Source of the DNA: an uncultured Methanomicrobiales archaeon
Lineage (GTDB): Archaea; Halobacteriota; Methanomicrobia; Methanomicrobiales; JACTUA01
Length of the DNA: 64,000 nucleotides
Direction: 5' to 3'
Assembly (NCBI GenBank): GCA_964551875.1
Contig: CAZKEV010000007.1
Span: 2,455-66,454, forward strand
The notes beneath the pieces were generated by a model, which had not been told where the DNA came from, ran no database searches, and saw only the letters and a program-made list of their open reading frames with translations. The position numbers and the translations under genes were made by a program. Of this stretch, positions 56,141 through 64,000 are shown piece by piece. Numbering within the stretch: position 1 is the stretch's first letter; each line of letters starts with the position of its first letter.

Positions 56141-57372
56141 AGGAGTACCGACCTGGCGACCTGGTCCGGTGCACTGACGGGGGCCGGGGGTACACTGCCA
56201 CCTATATCACAGAGCGGGACGGGAAGGCGGTGGTGAAGCTCGACAGCGGCTATAACATCGGTGTCCCCTTCGAGACCCTCTCCTGGGAAGGAAGGCCCAA
56301 GATCGAACCCCCTGCCCTTGCACGGCCCCTCCAGCGGGAGGATCTTCCCGAGCTTGCCATAATCTCCACAGGGGGTACCATCGCAAGCCGGGTGGACTAC
56401 AGGACAGGGGCGGTGACAAGCCAGTTCTCGGCCGAAGACATCCTCCGCGCAATCCCGGATCTTGCATCTATCGGCCGGTTCAGGACAGAACAGATCTCCT
56501 CCATCCTCTCCGAGAACATGACCCGGCATATCTGGCAGGACCTTGCCCGGGCAATCTTCCATAACCTGAAATCCGGTGTCGCAGGGGTGATTGTCACCCA
56601 CGGGACCGACACCATGGCCTACAGCGCGGCCGCCATCTCCTTCATGGTCGAGACGCCGGTGCCGGTCATCTTCGTCGGATCGCAGAGATCAGCGGATCGC
56701 CCGAGCAGCGATAATGCGATGAACGCCCTCTGCGCAGCCTCCGCAGCTGTCTCCTCACTCGGCGAGGTAGCGGTGGTGATGCACGCGACCACGAGCGACG
56801 ACCGGTGCGCCATCCACAGGGGGACGCGGGTGCGGAAGATGCATACCTCCCGGAGGGATGCCTTCCAGTCCATGGGGATGCCCCCCCTCGGTTATGTGGA
56901 TTACCCGGCCCTCTCCCTCACCTTGACCCCGGAGGCCATGGCCAGGGGCGACCGGGAGCCGGTCCTCAGGGAGATGATGGAGGAGCGGTGCGGGCTCGTC
57001 TCCTTCCACCCGGGAATGGATCCCTCCGTGCTCGAGGCCTACCGCGGCTACCGTGGGGTGGTCCTTGCCGGTACGGGTCTTGGCCACGTCTCCACTCCCT
57101 GGGTCAGGGGCCTGGCCGACCTTGCCCGCGACGGGACAAGCGTGGTCATGACCTCCCAGTGCCTCCACGGGAGGGTCTGCGACCGTGTCTATGACACGGG
57201 CCGTGATCTCCTGGCGGCCGGCGTGATGGAGGGTGAGGATATGCTCCCCGAGGTTGCCCTTGTGAAGCTGATGTGGGTCCTCGGGCAGGCTGACGATGAT
57301 CGCGAGGTGCGGGCCCTCATGGGAGAGAACCTGCGGGGCGAGATCAGGAGGCGATCGTTTCATGGCCTCTGA
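56137..57372 (+). CDS. gatD: Glutamyl-tRNA(Gln) amidotransferase subunit D
   Basis: VKLDSGYNIG, TGGTIASRVDYRTG, HGTDT, GSQRS and KMHTSRRDAF motifs. Confidence 0.96.
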   Translation: MKEYRPGDLVRCTDGGRGYTATYITERDGKAVVKLDSGYNIGVPFETLSWEGRPKIEPPALARPLQREDLPELAIISTGGTIASRVDYRTGAVTSQFSAEDILRAIPDLASIGRFRTEQISSILSENMTRHIWQDLARAIFHNLKSGVAGVIVTHGTDTMAYSAAAISFMVETPVPVIFVGSQRSADRPSSDNAMNALCAASAAVSSLGEVAVVMHATTSDDRCAIHRGTRVRKMHTSRRDAFQSMGMPPLGYVDYPALSLTLTPEAMARGDREPVLREMMEERCGLVSFHPGMDPSVLEAYRGYRGVVLAGTGLGHVSTPWVRGLADLARDGTSVVMTSQCLHGRVCDRVYDTGRDLLAAGVMEGEDMLPEVALVKLMWVLGQADDDREVRALMGENLRGEIRRRSFHGL

Positions 57373-59191
57373 ACCCCCGCGGCTCCGTGCAGGGCTCGAG
57401 ATCCACCAGCAGCTCGATACCTGCGAGAAGCTCTTCTGCCACTGCCCCACCCGGCTTAGGGACACAGGGGAGCGGAATGGCGAGTTCACCCGCTTCCTCA
57501 GGGCAACGGAGAGCGAGATGGGCGAGATCGACCGTGCGGCCCTTGAGGAGATGCGGACGATCCGGAGGTTCACCTATTACACCTACGACACCACCTGCCT
57601 TGTGGAGGATGACGAGGAGCCTCCCGCCCCCCTGAACCAGGAGGCGGTCGCCATCTGCCTCACCATTGCGAGGTGCTTCGATATGCACCCCGTGGAGCAG
57701 GTCCATACCATGCGAAAGATCGTCATCGACGGGTCCAATACCTGCGGGTTCCAGCGCACCGCACTTGTCGCCATGGGCGGTTCCCTTCCCGGGGGTGCAC
57801 GGATCGATACTATCTGCCTCGAGGAGGACGCGGCGCAGCGGGTAACCGACCAAGTCTTCTCCCTGGACCGGCTCGGCATCCCCCTTGTGGAGATCACGAC
57901 CGGCCCTGACCTCCGCACCCCTGAGGAAGTCCAGGAGGTGGCAGAGTACATCGGCATGGTGCTCCGCTCTACCAGGACGGTGAAGCGGGGCAAGGGGACC
58001 ATCAGGCAGGATATCAACATCTCCATCCCCGGGGGAGCCAGAGTCGAGATCAAGGGTGTGCAGGAGCTCGAACTCATCGCCGAGGTGGTCCGCCGCGAGA
58101 TGGAGCGGCAGGAGAACCTCATCGCCATCCGTGACGCCCTGAAAGACCGCGGGGCATCCGTAGAGGAGGACCCCATCGATGTCACCTCTCTTTTCAAGGG
58201 GACGAAGTCCTCCATCCTGAAGAAGGCACATCTCATCCTCGCCCTGCGTCTCCAAGGTTTCTCCGGCCTCGTAGGCAGGGAGATCCAGCCCGGGAGGAGG
58301 CTCGGGAGCGAGCTCGCGGACTACGCGAAGCGGTGTGGAGTTGGAGGGATCTTCCATACCGATGAGCTCCCAGCATACGGGATCACCGCAGATGAGGTGC
58401 AGTCCGTACGGGAACAAGCCGGGGCCGGCGATGACGATGCCGTGGTCTTCGTCGCCGGGACAGGGGATGAGGCGAAGTGCGCAGCGAGGCAGGTGATCCG
58501 CAGGGCAGGGATGGCGCTTGCAGGAGTACCCGAAGAGACGAGGAGGATGCTTGAGGAGGGTTCCACGGCGTACATGAGGCCCCTCCCGGGAGCAGCCCGG
58601 ATGTACCCGGAGACCGATATCTTCCCGGTCAGCGTGGAGAAGGCCGTCTGGGAGGGCATCTCGATCCCCGAGCTCCTGATCGGGAAGGCGAAACGCTTCG
58701 AGCAGGAGCTCGGCCTTGACCCTCCCGCGGCATACCAGGCAGCGACATCCGAGAACCTCCCCGCCTTCGAGGCAGCCATCCGTGAGGGGGTGAAGCCCAC
58801 CCTCGCGTTCCGGGTGATCATCACCGCACCCGTGGAACTCGCCCGGAAGGGGGTCGATGTCGGGAAGGTCAGCCAGGCCGATTACCTCGCCATCCTGAAG
58901 GCGATCGACAGCGGCCGGGCTGCGAAGGAGGCTGTCCCTGATATCATCGGTGCAACGGCCTCGGGAATGACGCCAGACCAGGCCATTGCCTCCCTGGGCA
59001 CATCGGTGAGCCAGGAAGACCTCACCCGCATCATCAGGAGGATCATCGGCGAGCGAAAGGAGTTCGTCGCGCAGAAGAAGATGGGGGCCCTCGGGCCTCT
59101 TATGGGCCTCGTGATGCAGGAGGTGCGGGGGAAGGTGGACGGGAAGCTGGTGAGTGATGCCCTCCGGCGGGAACTGGAACGGTTCGCCTAG
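57362..59191 (+). CDS. gatE: Glutamyl-tRNA(Gln) amidotransferase subunit E
   Basis: GLEIHQQL, GFQRT, LEEDAA, LDRLGIPLVEI and PGAARMYPETD motifs. Confidence 0.96.
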   Translation: MASEPPRLRAGLEIHQQLDTCEKLFCHCPTRLRDTGERNGEFTRFLRATESEMGEIDRAALEEMRTIRRFTYYTYDTTCLVEDDEEPPAPLNQEAVAICLTIARCFDMHPVEQVHTMRKIVIDGSNTCGFQRTALVAMGGSLPGGARIDTICLEEDAAQRVTDQVFSLDRLGIPLVEITTGPDLRTPEEVQEVAEYIGMVLRSTRTVKRGKGTIRQDINISIPGGARVEIKGVQELELIAEVVRREMERQENLIAIRDALKDRGASVEEDPIDVTSLFKGTKSSILKKAHLILALRLQGFSGLVGREIQPGRRLGSELADYAKRCGVGGIFHTDELPAYGITADEVQSVREQAGAGDDDAVVFVAGTGDEAKCAARQVIRRAGMALAGVPEETRRMLEEGSTAYMRPLPGAARMYPETDIFPVSVEKAVWEGISIPELLIGKAKRFEQELGLDPPAAYQAATSENLPAFEAAIREGVKPTLAFRVIITAPVELARKGVDVGKVSQADYLAILKAIDSGRAAKEAVPDIIGATASGMTPDQAIASLGTSVSQEDLTRIIRRIIGERKEFVAQKKMGALGPLMGLVMQEVRGKVDGKLVSDALRRELERFA

Positions 59192-59240
59192 GGAATATCT
59201 TTATCAGTCTCATCGTTCACATTAAAAGGGAGCCTTATCC

Positions 59241-59531
59241 ATGGGAAAGACAGGCAGCGTCAACTGGATGCAGGTAAAGGGAGTGAAGGGGCAGGTTCGC
59301 CTCGTCCCCCAGAAGGACGGCGAGGTCAAGAAGCCCGGTCCCAACCAGCGGTTCAAGCCGAACGCAGGGACCCGGTTCGCCAAGTCCCCTGAGGAGGAGG
59401 CCCGGAGCCGGCAGGGGAACCGCCGGGGTGGCCGGGGACGGGGCGGACGGGAGAAGGACCCGAGGCTCCGCAGGCGGATCCGGCGCTCCAAGTCCTCGAT
59501 TATGGGCGCCAAGTCCAAGGCCAAGAAATAA
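59241..59531 (+). CDS. Small highly basic protein (resembles the DUF5350 family)
   Basis: MGKTGSVNW...GQVRLVP N-terminus and an R/G/K-rich C-half. Family recalled from memory, not verified. Confidence 0.65.
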   Translation: MGKTGSVNWMQVKGVKGQVRLVPQKDGEVKKPGPNQRFKPNAGTRFAKSPEEEARSRQGNRRGGRGRGGREKDPRLRRRIRRSKSSIMGAKSKAKK

Positions 59532-59587
59532 TCCCCTGCATCAGGACCAGTCCCTTTTTTATAGAGCGGATTCCCTGAGTGATACGT

Positions 59588-59944
59588 ATGGACGATAAGA
59601 CGGCGGTGAAGGAGTACCAGTTCGGTGAGCGGGCCAAATCTGAGCTGATCCTCGTCTCCCAGCTCCTGATGGTCCTCGCCGAGCTGAAGGAGAAGGAGCT
59701 CGCCGGGGGGAAGCGGATCCTCCTCACCCTCATGGAGGGGATCCGGAGTGAGCTCGAGTTTGCCCACCATGGCACCGGGTCCGGGGAGTTCCGGAAGGCG
59801 ATCAACCACCTGAACGAGGCCATCAGCCTCGTGGAGAGCGACCAGCCCGGCCCCGCCACCCTCAGGGTCGCCGATGCCATCTCCGACGCAACCACAGCGG
59901 CCCAGCAGGCCTGGCAGGTACTCTCCGCCCATGGACTCCTCTAG
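59588..59944 (+). CDS. Hypothetical helical protein
   Basis: About 118-aa ORF with normal codon use, overlapping the nitroreductase start. Confidence 0.7.
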   Translation: MDDKTAVKEYQFGERAKSELILVSQLLMVLAELKEKELAGGKRILLTLMEGIRSELEFAHHGTGSGEFRKAINHLNEAISLVESDQPGPATLRVADAISDATTAAQQAWQVLSAHGLL

Positions 59945-60458
59945 GTTCCTCGCCTTTCTCTCGTCAAGGGCCTCGGTGCGGGACTTCCCCCCGTCACCCC
60001 TGGAGGAGTCCGAGATCGACGCAATTCTCAGCTCCGCCCGGACCGCGCCCTCCGCAGGGAACCGGGAGGCATGGGACGTGGTGGTGGTGACCGACGGAGA
60101 AGTCCGGGAAGCCCTCGCTGAAGCGGCCCTCTCCCAGCCCCACATAAAGGATGCCCCCTGCGTCCTCGTCATCTGCGCAAACTACATCCGGTCCATGTCG
60201 CGCTACGGCGAGCGGGGCATCCTCTATGCAATCCAGGACGCAACCATCGCATGCACCTACATGATGCTCGCAACCCATGCCGGGGGCCTCCAGAGCTGCT
60301 GGACGGGGGCATTCGACGAGGAAGAGGTGAAGAGGATCCTGGACCTCCCCGGACATCTCCGCCCCGTTGTCATGCTCGCCGTGGGGAGGGGGAAGATCCC
60401 GGCAGAGCGGACCGGGCGGATGGAGATCTCTGAACACGTCCATAAGGACCGTTGGTGA
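59931..60458 (+). CDS. Nitroreductase family protein
   Basis: RASVRDF, APSAGNREAW, QDATIA and CWTGAF motifs. Confidence 0.9.
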   Translation: MDSSRFLAFLSSRASVRDFPPSPLEESEIDAILSSARTAPSAGNREAWDVVVVTDGEVREALAEAALSQPHIKDAPCVLVICANYIRSMSRYGERGILYAIQDATIACTYMMLATHAGGLQSCWTGAFDEEEVKRILDLPGHLRPVVMLAVGRGKIPAERTGRMEISEHVHKDRW

Positions 60459-60473
60459 AAGGAGGGAGGGAGA

Positions 60474-60812
60474 ATGCCAGACTACGTCGTGACCCTGGAA
60501 TCAGCATGGATTGTGAAGGACGCAAAGTCCCTTGACGATGCGCTCGGGATCGCCATCGCCGAGGCAGGGAAGCGCCTCAACCCGACGGCGAAGTTTGTCG
60601 AGATCGAGGCAGGCATCCTCCCCTGCCCCTTCTGCAGGAAGGATCTCTCATCCACCCTCGTTGTGGCAGGGACTGCCCTCGTGGGCCTCCTCCTCCAGAT
60701 GAAAGTCTTTCGGGCCGAGTCAGAAGAGCATGCGGTGCGGATCGCGAAGTCGGTCATCGGGAAGGCGCTCCGGGACATCCCCCTCTCCGTCCTCGAGGTA
60801 AGGCATCTGTGA
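60474..60812 (+). CDS. DUF555 (UPF0212) family protein
   Basis: [29 protein letters not shown] and IGKAL motifs. Confidence 0.82.
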   Translation: MPDYVVTLESAWIVKDAKSLDDALGIAIAEAGKRLNPTAKFVEIEAGILPCPFCRKDLSSTLVVAGTALVGLLLQMKVFRAESEEHAVRIAKSVIGKALRDIPLSVLEVRHL

Positions 60813-61714
60813 TCCACGTCGTCGGCCATACGGCCATCGACCATATCCTCCGGGTCCCCCGGTTCCCGGACCGGAACGGCTCCACGTACGTGAGCGGCCA
60901 CCAGATCTTCTTCGGCGGAGGGGCCGCGAACACCGCCGCAGGGATCGCCCGGCTGGGCGTGCCCGTGACCCTCGTCTCCGCTGTTGGCGGCGAGTTCGCG
61001 GGCAGCGACTACGAACGGTGGCTGAAGGGACTGGGCGTTGCGACCCGGTTCTTTGTGGTGCCGGAGAAGCGGACCCCGACCGCCTTTGTCTTCACCGATG
61101 ATCCCGGCGACCAGATCACCTACTTCGAATGGGGCGCCTCCGGGACCTTTTCCTCGAGGGAGGCCCCTGCCCTCGACTTCGTCCACCTGGCAACGGCCGA
61201 TCCCGACTTCAATGTCCGGGTTGCCGAGAAGAGCCGGTTTGCCTCCTTTGACCCGGGCCAGGACGTCATCTGGTACACGGCAGCCCAGCTCAGGCGCATC
61301 CTTGCACGGATCGGGATCCTCTTTGCGAACCGGCACGAGATGGCCCACCTTTCACGGATCCTGAACCGGACAAAGGAGGCGATCCTTGAACAGGTGCCCG
61401 TGGTGGTTGTGACCATGGATGCAGAGGGGAGCGTGCTCTTCTTTGAGGGGAGGGAGCACCGGATCCCGATCGTCCCCGTGGTGGTGGTGGACCCTACCGG
61501 TGCAGGCGACGCGTACCGGGCCGGGTTCCTCGCAGCCTACCACCGGGGCCACTCCCCACTCACTGCATGCAGGGTGGGAGCCACCACCGCCTCCTTTGCC
61601 GTCGAGAAGGCCGGCTGCCAGACGAACCTGCCTGACTGGAACGGGATGGTGGCGCGCTACTGGACCCATTTCGGCGACCTCCCCCGGCCCGGGAAGAGGA
61701 AGGGGGAACCATGA
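60809..61714 (+). CDS. PfkB-family carbohydrate/nucleoside kinase
   Basis: GGGAANTA and [13 protein letters not shown] motifs. Confidence 0.92.
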   Translation: MIHVVGHTAIDHILRVPRFPDRNGSTYVSGHQIFFGGGAANTAAGIARLGVPVTLVSAVGGEFAGSDYERWLKGLGVATRFFVVPEKRTPTAFVFTDDPGDQITYFEWGASGTFSSREAPALDFVHLATADPDFNVRVAEKSRFASFDPGQDVIWYTAAQLRRILARIGILFANRHEMAHLSRILNRTKEAILEQVPVVVVTMDAEGSVLFFEGREHRIPIVPVVVVDPTGAGDAYRAGFLAAYHRGHSPLTACRVGATTASFAVEKAGCQTNLPDWNGMVARYWTHFGDLPRPGKRKGEP

Positions 61715-63468
61715 CCTCCGACATGCAGGGGATATTCCACAGCCCTGATGCCAGGATGGAGCACCTCACCCGGTTCCTCTTCACGGCGCCTCCCTGGTAC
61801 CTGTCCCTCGTCGTTGCAGCCCTGCCCGGCCTCCTCCTTGATCTCCTGGCCCCCCACACCCTTCCTGTGCCCTGGGCAGGCACCCTCCTCTTCACGGCAC
61901 CGGCGATCTCCGCCTTCCTCCTCACCCTCCCCCTCATCAGGCTGTCCGGCGGAGCGGGGACCTGGAACCGGTCCGCCTTCCTCTCCCTCTGCTGCACCCT
62001 CTTCCAGCTCGCCGCCGTCCTCCCCGGCCTTGTCCTGCCCTTCCCCGGCCTCTTCGCCTTCCTCTATGCCTTCTCCCTCGGGCTTGTCTCCGGTATCCGG
62101 CTCCTCGTCCTCGTCGCGACCGCGGATCACCGGCCCCTCCGGATACTCGTCCCTGCCCTCCTCCAGGGCGGGGCCGGCCTCGCTCTCGGGGCGCTCCTCC
62201 CCGTGCCCGGCCTCGTGCCGGTTGCCCTCGTTGCCCTGCTGACCGTCGGGGCGGGTTCCCTCCTCCTGATCCGGCTCATCGAGTACCCCCTGGAGAGGAT
62301 GCTCCATGTCCGCACCTTCGGCTTCCTCACCGCCTTCCTCGCCCACCTGACGGACGGGTCCCCGGGCATGGAGACCTGGTTCCGCCTGATGGGGGAGGAG
62401 GTCTCGGTCCCCCAGGCCACCCTGGTCCTCCGGCGCGAGGGTAAGCCTGATATCGTGCTCACGGTGCCCAACATCCACCCCGGCCCCGTCGGCGATGCCG
62501 GTGGCGGCACCCTGCCCCACGTCCTCCACGACTCCCTGGACGGGCAGGTCCTCGTGGCCCACGGCTGTGCCACCCATGACTTCAATCCTGCCGGGGCACA
62601 GGAGATCGGGAAGGTGGTGGATGCAGTCCGGGAATCCCTCCGGGATCTCCGGTTCCAGGGCGGTGCGGGGAGGTCCGGGCGGGTGAACCATGGTTCGGTC
62701 TCCCTCCTTGCCCAGCGGTTCGGCGACACGCTCCTTGCCGTGGGGACCCGGGCACCGGAACGGACCGAGGACCTTGACCCGTCCCTCGCCCTGATCCTCA
62801 TGGCCGGGGCAAGAAGATACTTCCGGCACCTCCTCTTCATCGATGCCCACAACAGCATGACCGAGGTCTCCGGCGGCGTCCACTACGGTACCCCCATAGC
62901 CACCGAGTACGTGGAGGCGTGCCGGGACGCGGTGGCGAAGGAGGCCGGAGCTGCGCCTGCACCCTTCCGAGCCGGGGCGGCCATGGTCCCCGTCCCCTTC
63001 GGCAGGGACCAGGGCTTCGGCGAGCTCGGGGTGCAGGCCCTGGTCATCGAGACGGCCGGCCAGAAGACTGCCTACGTGCTCCTGGACGGGAACAACATCG
63101 TCCAGGGGGCGCGGGCGGTCCTCCGGGATGCGGTGCTCGCCCTGGTTGACGACGCGGAGATCATGACCACCGATACCCACGTGGTGAACACCATCACCGG
63201 CAAGAACCCCATCGGGCTCGCCGTGCCCCCCGACCGGATCGTACCGTACGTTGTCCAGGCGGTGGAGGAGGCTGTCGCGGACCTTGCCCCCGCAAGCGCC
63301 GGTGCTGCCACGGCCTGCATCCGGGGGATCGTGGTCTTCGGCTCCCACCGGATCGCCCAGATCGCGGCGGCGGTGACCGCGACCATCACCTTCCTTGCGC
63401 CCCTGGGCATCGCGCTATTCTTCTGCGCCTACCTCCTCTCCCTCATCACCTACCTGGTCTCGGTTTAG
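61711..63468 (+). CDS. DUF2070 family membrane protein
   Basis: Multi-TM N-terminus, then PNIHPGP, HGCATHDFN, IDAHN, DGNN and TTDTH motifs. Confidence 0.85.
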   Translation: MTSDMQGIFHSPDARMEHLTRFLFTAPPWYLSLVVAALPGLLLDLLAPHTLPVPWAGTLLFTAPAISAFLLTLPLIRLSGGAGTWNRSAFLSLCCTLFQLAAVLPGLVLPFPGLFAFLYAFSLGLVSGIRLLVLVATADHRPLRILVPALLQGGAGLALGALLPVPGLVPVALVALLTVGAGSLLLIRLIEYPLERMLHVRTFGFLTAFLAHLTDGSPGMETWFRLMGEEVSVPQATLVLRREGKPDIVLTVPNIHPGPVGDAGGGTLPHVLHDSLDGQVLVAHGCATHDFNPAGAQEIGKVVDAVRESLRDLRFQGGAGRSGRVNHGSVSLLAQRFGDTLLAVGTRAPERTEDLDPSLALILMAGARRYFRHLLFIDAHNSMTEVSGGVHYGTPIATEYVEACRDAVAKEAGAAPAPFRAGAAMVPVPFGRDQGFGELGVQALVIETAGQKTAYVLLDGNNIVQGARAVLRDAVLALVDDAEIMTTDTHVVNTITGKNPIGLAVPPDRIVPYVVQAVEEAVADLAPASAGAATACIRGIVVFGSHRIAQIAAAVTATITFLAPLGIALFFCAYLLSLITYLVSV

Positions 63469-63712
63469 CGGCGGAAGGGATGGTATCCCCGCGGCAAACC
63501 CTTTTTGGGTATGGAGACCCATGCCTCCCTCATGGGGGGTGGACCAGCTCTCGTCATCGGGGATGGGCTGGAAAAGGGTCAGCTTCCCCGCCCGGATGCG
63601 TCAAGAATGGGTATTGGCGGGGATGGCAGGGTCCCACTGCCCTGAGATCCCCATTAATTTTCCCTTCAGGAAAAAGCGGGTGGAGGGAGATGCCGGGACA
63701 ACAGAAGCTCCA

Positions 63713-64000
63713 CTACATGGAAAGCTTCGGATTATTCTCCGCAAAGTACTCGTGGCTGTCGGCATTGGCGATGGCATTGCCCGGATTGATCTTCGCAAGT
63801 CTCTTGCACGAGTTCTGGCCGTACTCATGGTCCTCCGTTCCCGCCACGACGTAAAAGTGGCTCGTCTCGTGGATGATGGCGCCTGCCTTGCAGTCTGTCC
63901 CCAGGAGGGGAGCCTGCCAGAACTGGTTGCAGAGGAAGATCTCGTAGGGTTTCGCGGGGTACACATACGCGTACCAATCTTTACTGCAGTCTGCGTTGAA
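63713..64000 (-). CDS. M35 (aspzincin) peptidyl-Lys-type metalloendopeptidase, C-terminal part (start outside the window)
   Basis: The open frame from the window edge reads FNADCSKDWYAYVYPAKPYEIFLCNQFW...IIHETSHF...GTEDHEYG...NADSHEYFAEN (HExxH plus GTxD third ligand). Confidence 0.9.
   Translation of the reverse strand, partial: FNADCSKDWYAYVYPAKPYEIFLCNQFWQAPLLGTDCKAGAIIHETSHFYVVAGTEDHEYGQNSCKRLAKINPGNAIANADSHEYFAENNPKLSM

Noticed and set aside
63469-63712. Several small hairpins between DUF2070 and the M35 gene
   Set aside because: Stems are short and GC-biased with no clear match to the REP-like unit. They are consistent with a convergent terminator region.
1-64000. Selenocysteine or pyrrolysine read-through genes
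   Set aside because: No recognised gene showed an in-frame TGA or TAG interrupting a conserved domain.

Overview
Chromosomal segment of a GC-rich hydrogenotrophic methanogen, most consistent with Methanomicrobiales (mer, methanogenesis marker 2, mtxX, archaeal histone, GatDE, PGF-CTERM S-layer protein). About 20-64 kb is mostly housekeeping: thyA, fibrillarin/Nop5, hemD-cbf5, iorAB, nadX-nadC, rfcL, his genes, MAT, dacZ, a fum-kor-suc operon, uL16, a sulfonate/nitrate-type ABC transporter, argH and gatDE. Four tRNAs are present: Arg-TCG (11.9 kb, with a BHB intron), Gln-CTG, Ser-GGA and Ile-GAT. The first 20 kb is a cell-surface locus: a divergent CetZ/tubulin, three paralogous ~1000-1200 aa secreted Ig-like/vWA adhesins and the probable major S-layer gene. 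The adhesins have no membrane anchor and share a terminal P-[KQ]-I-x-I-x motif. One appears to be a mosaic that also carries an S-layer-type N-terminal domain, and another has its signal peptide behind an ACG codon and a G8 tract. Other notable items: a REP/BIME-like cluster of three alternating-orientation palindromic units, a circularly permuted ABC substrate-binding lipoprotein, an orphan DNA methyltransferase wedged into the tRNA-Ser 3' end, and a bacterial/fungal-type M35 metalloprotease. No CRISPR array, integrase or transposase was found. All family assignments come from motif recognition by eye; no database searches were run.
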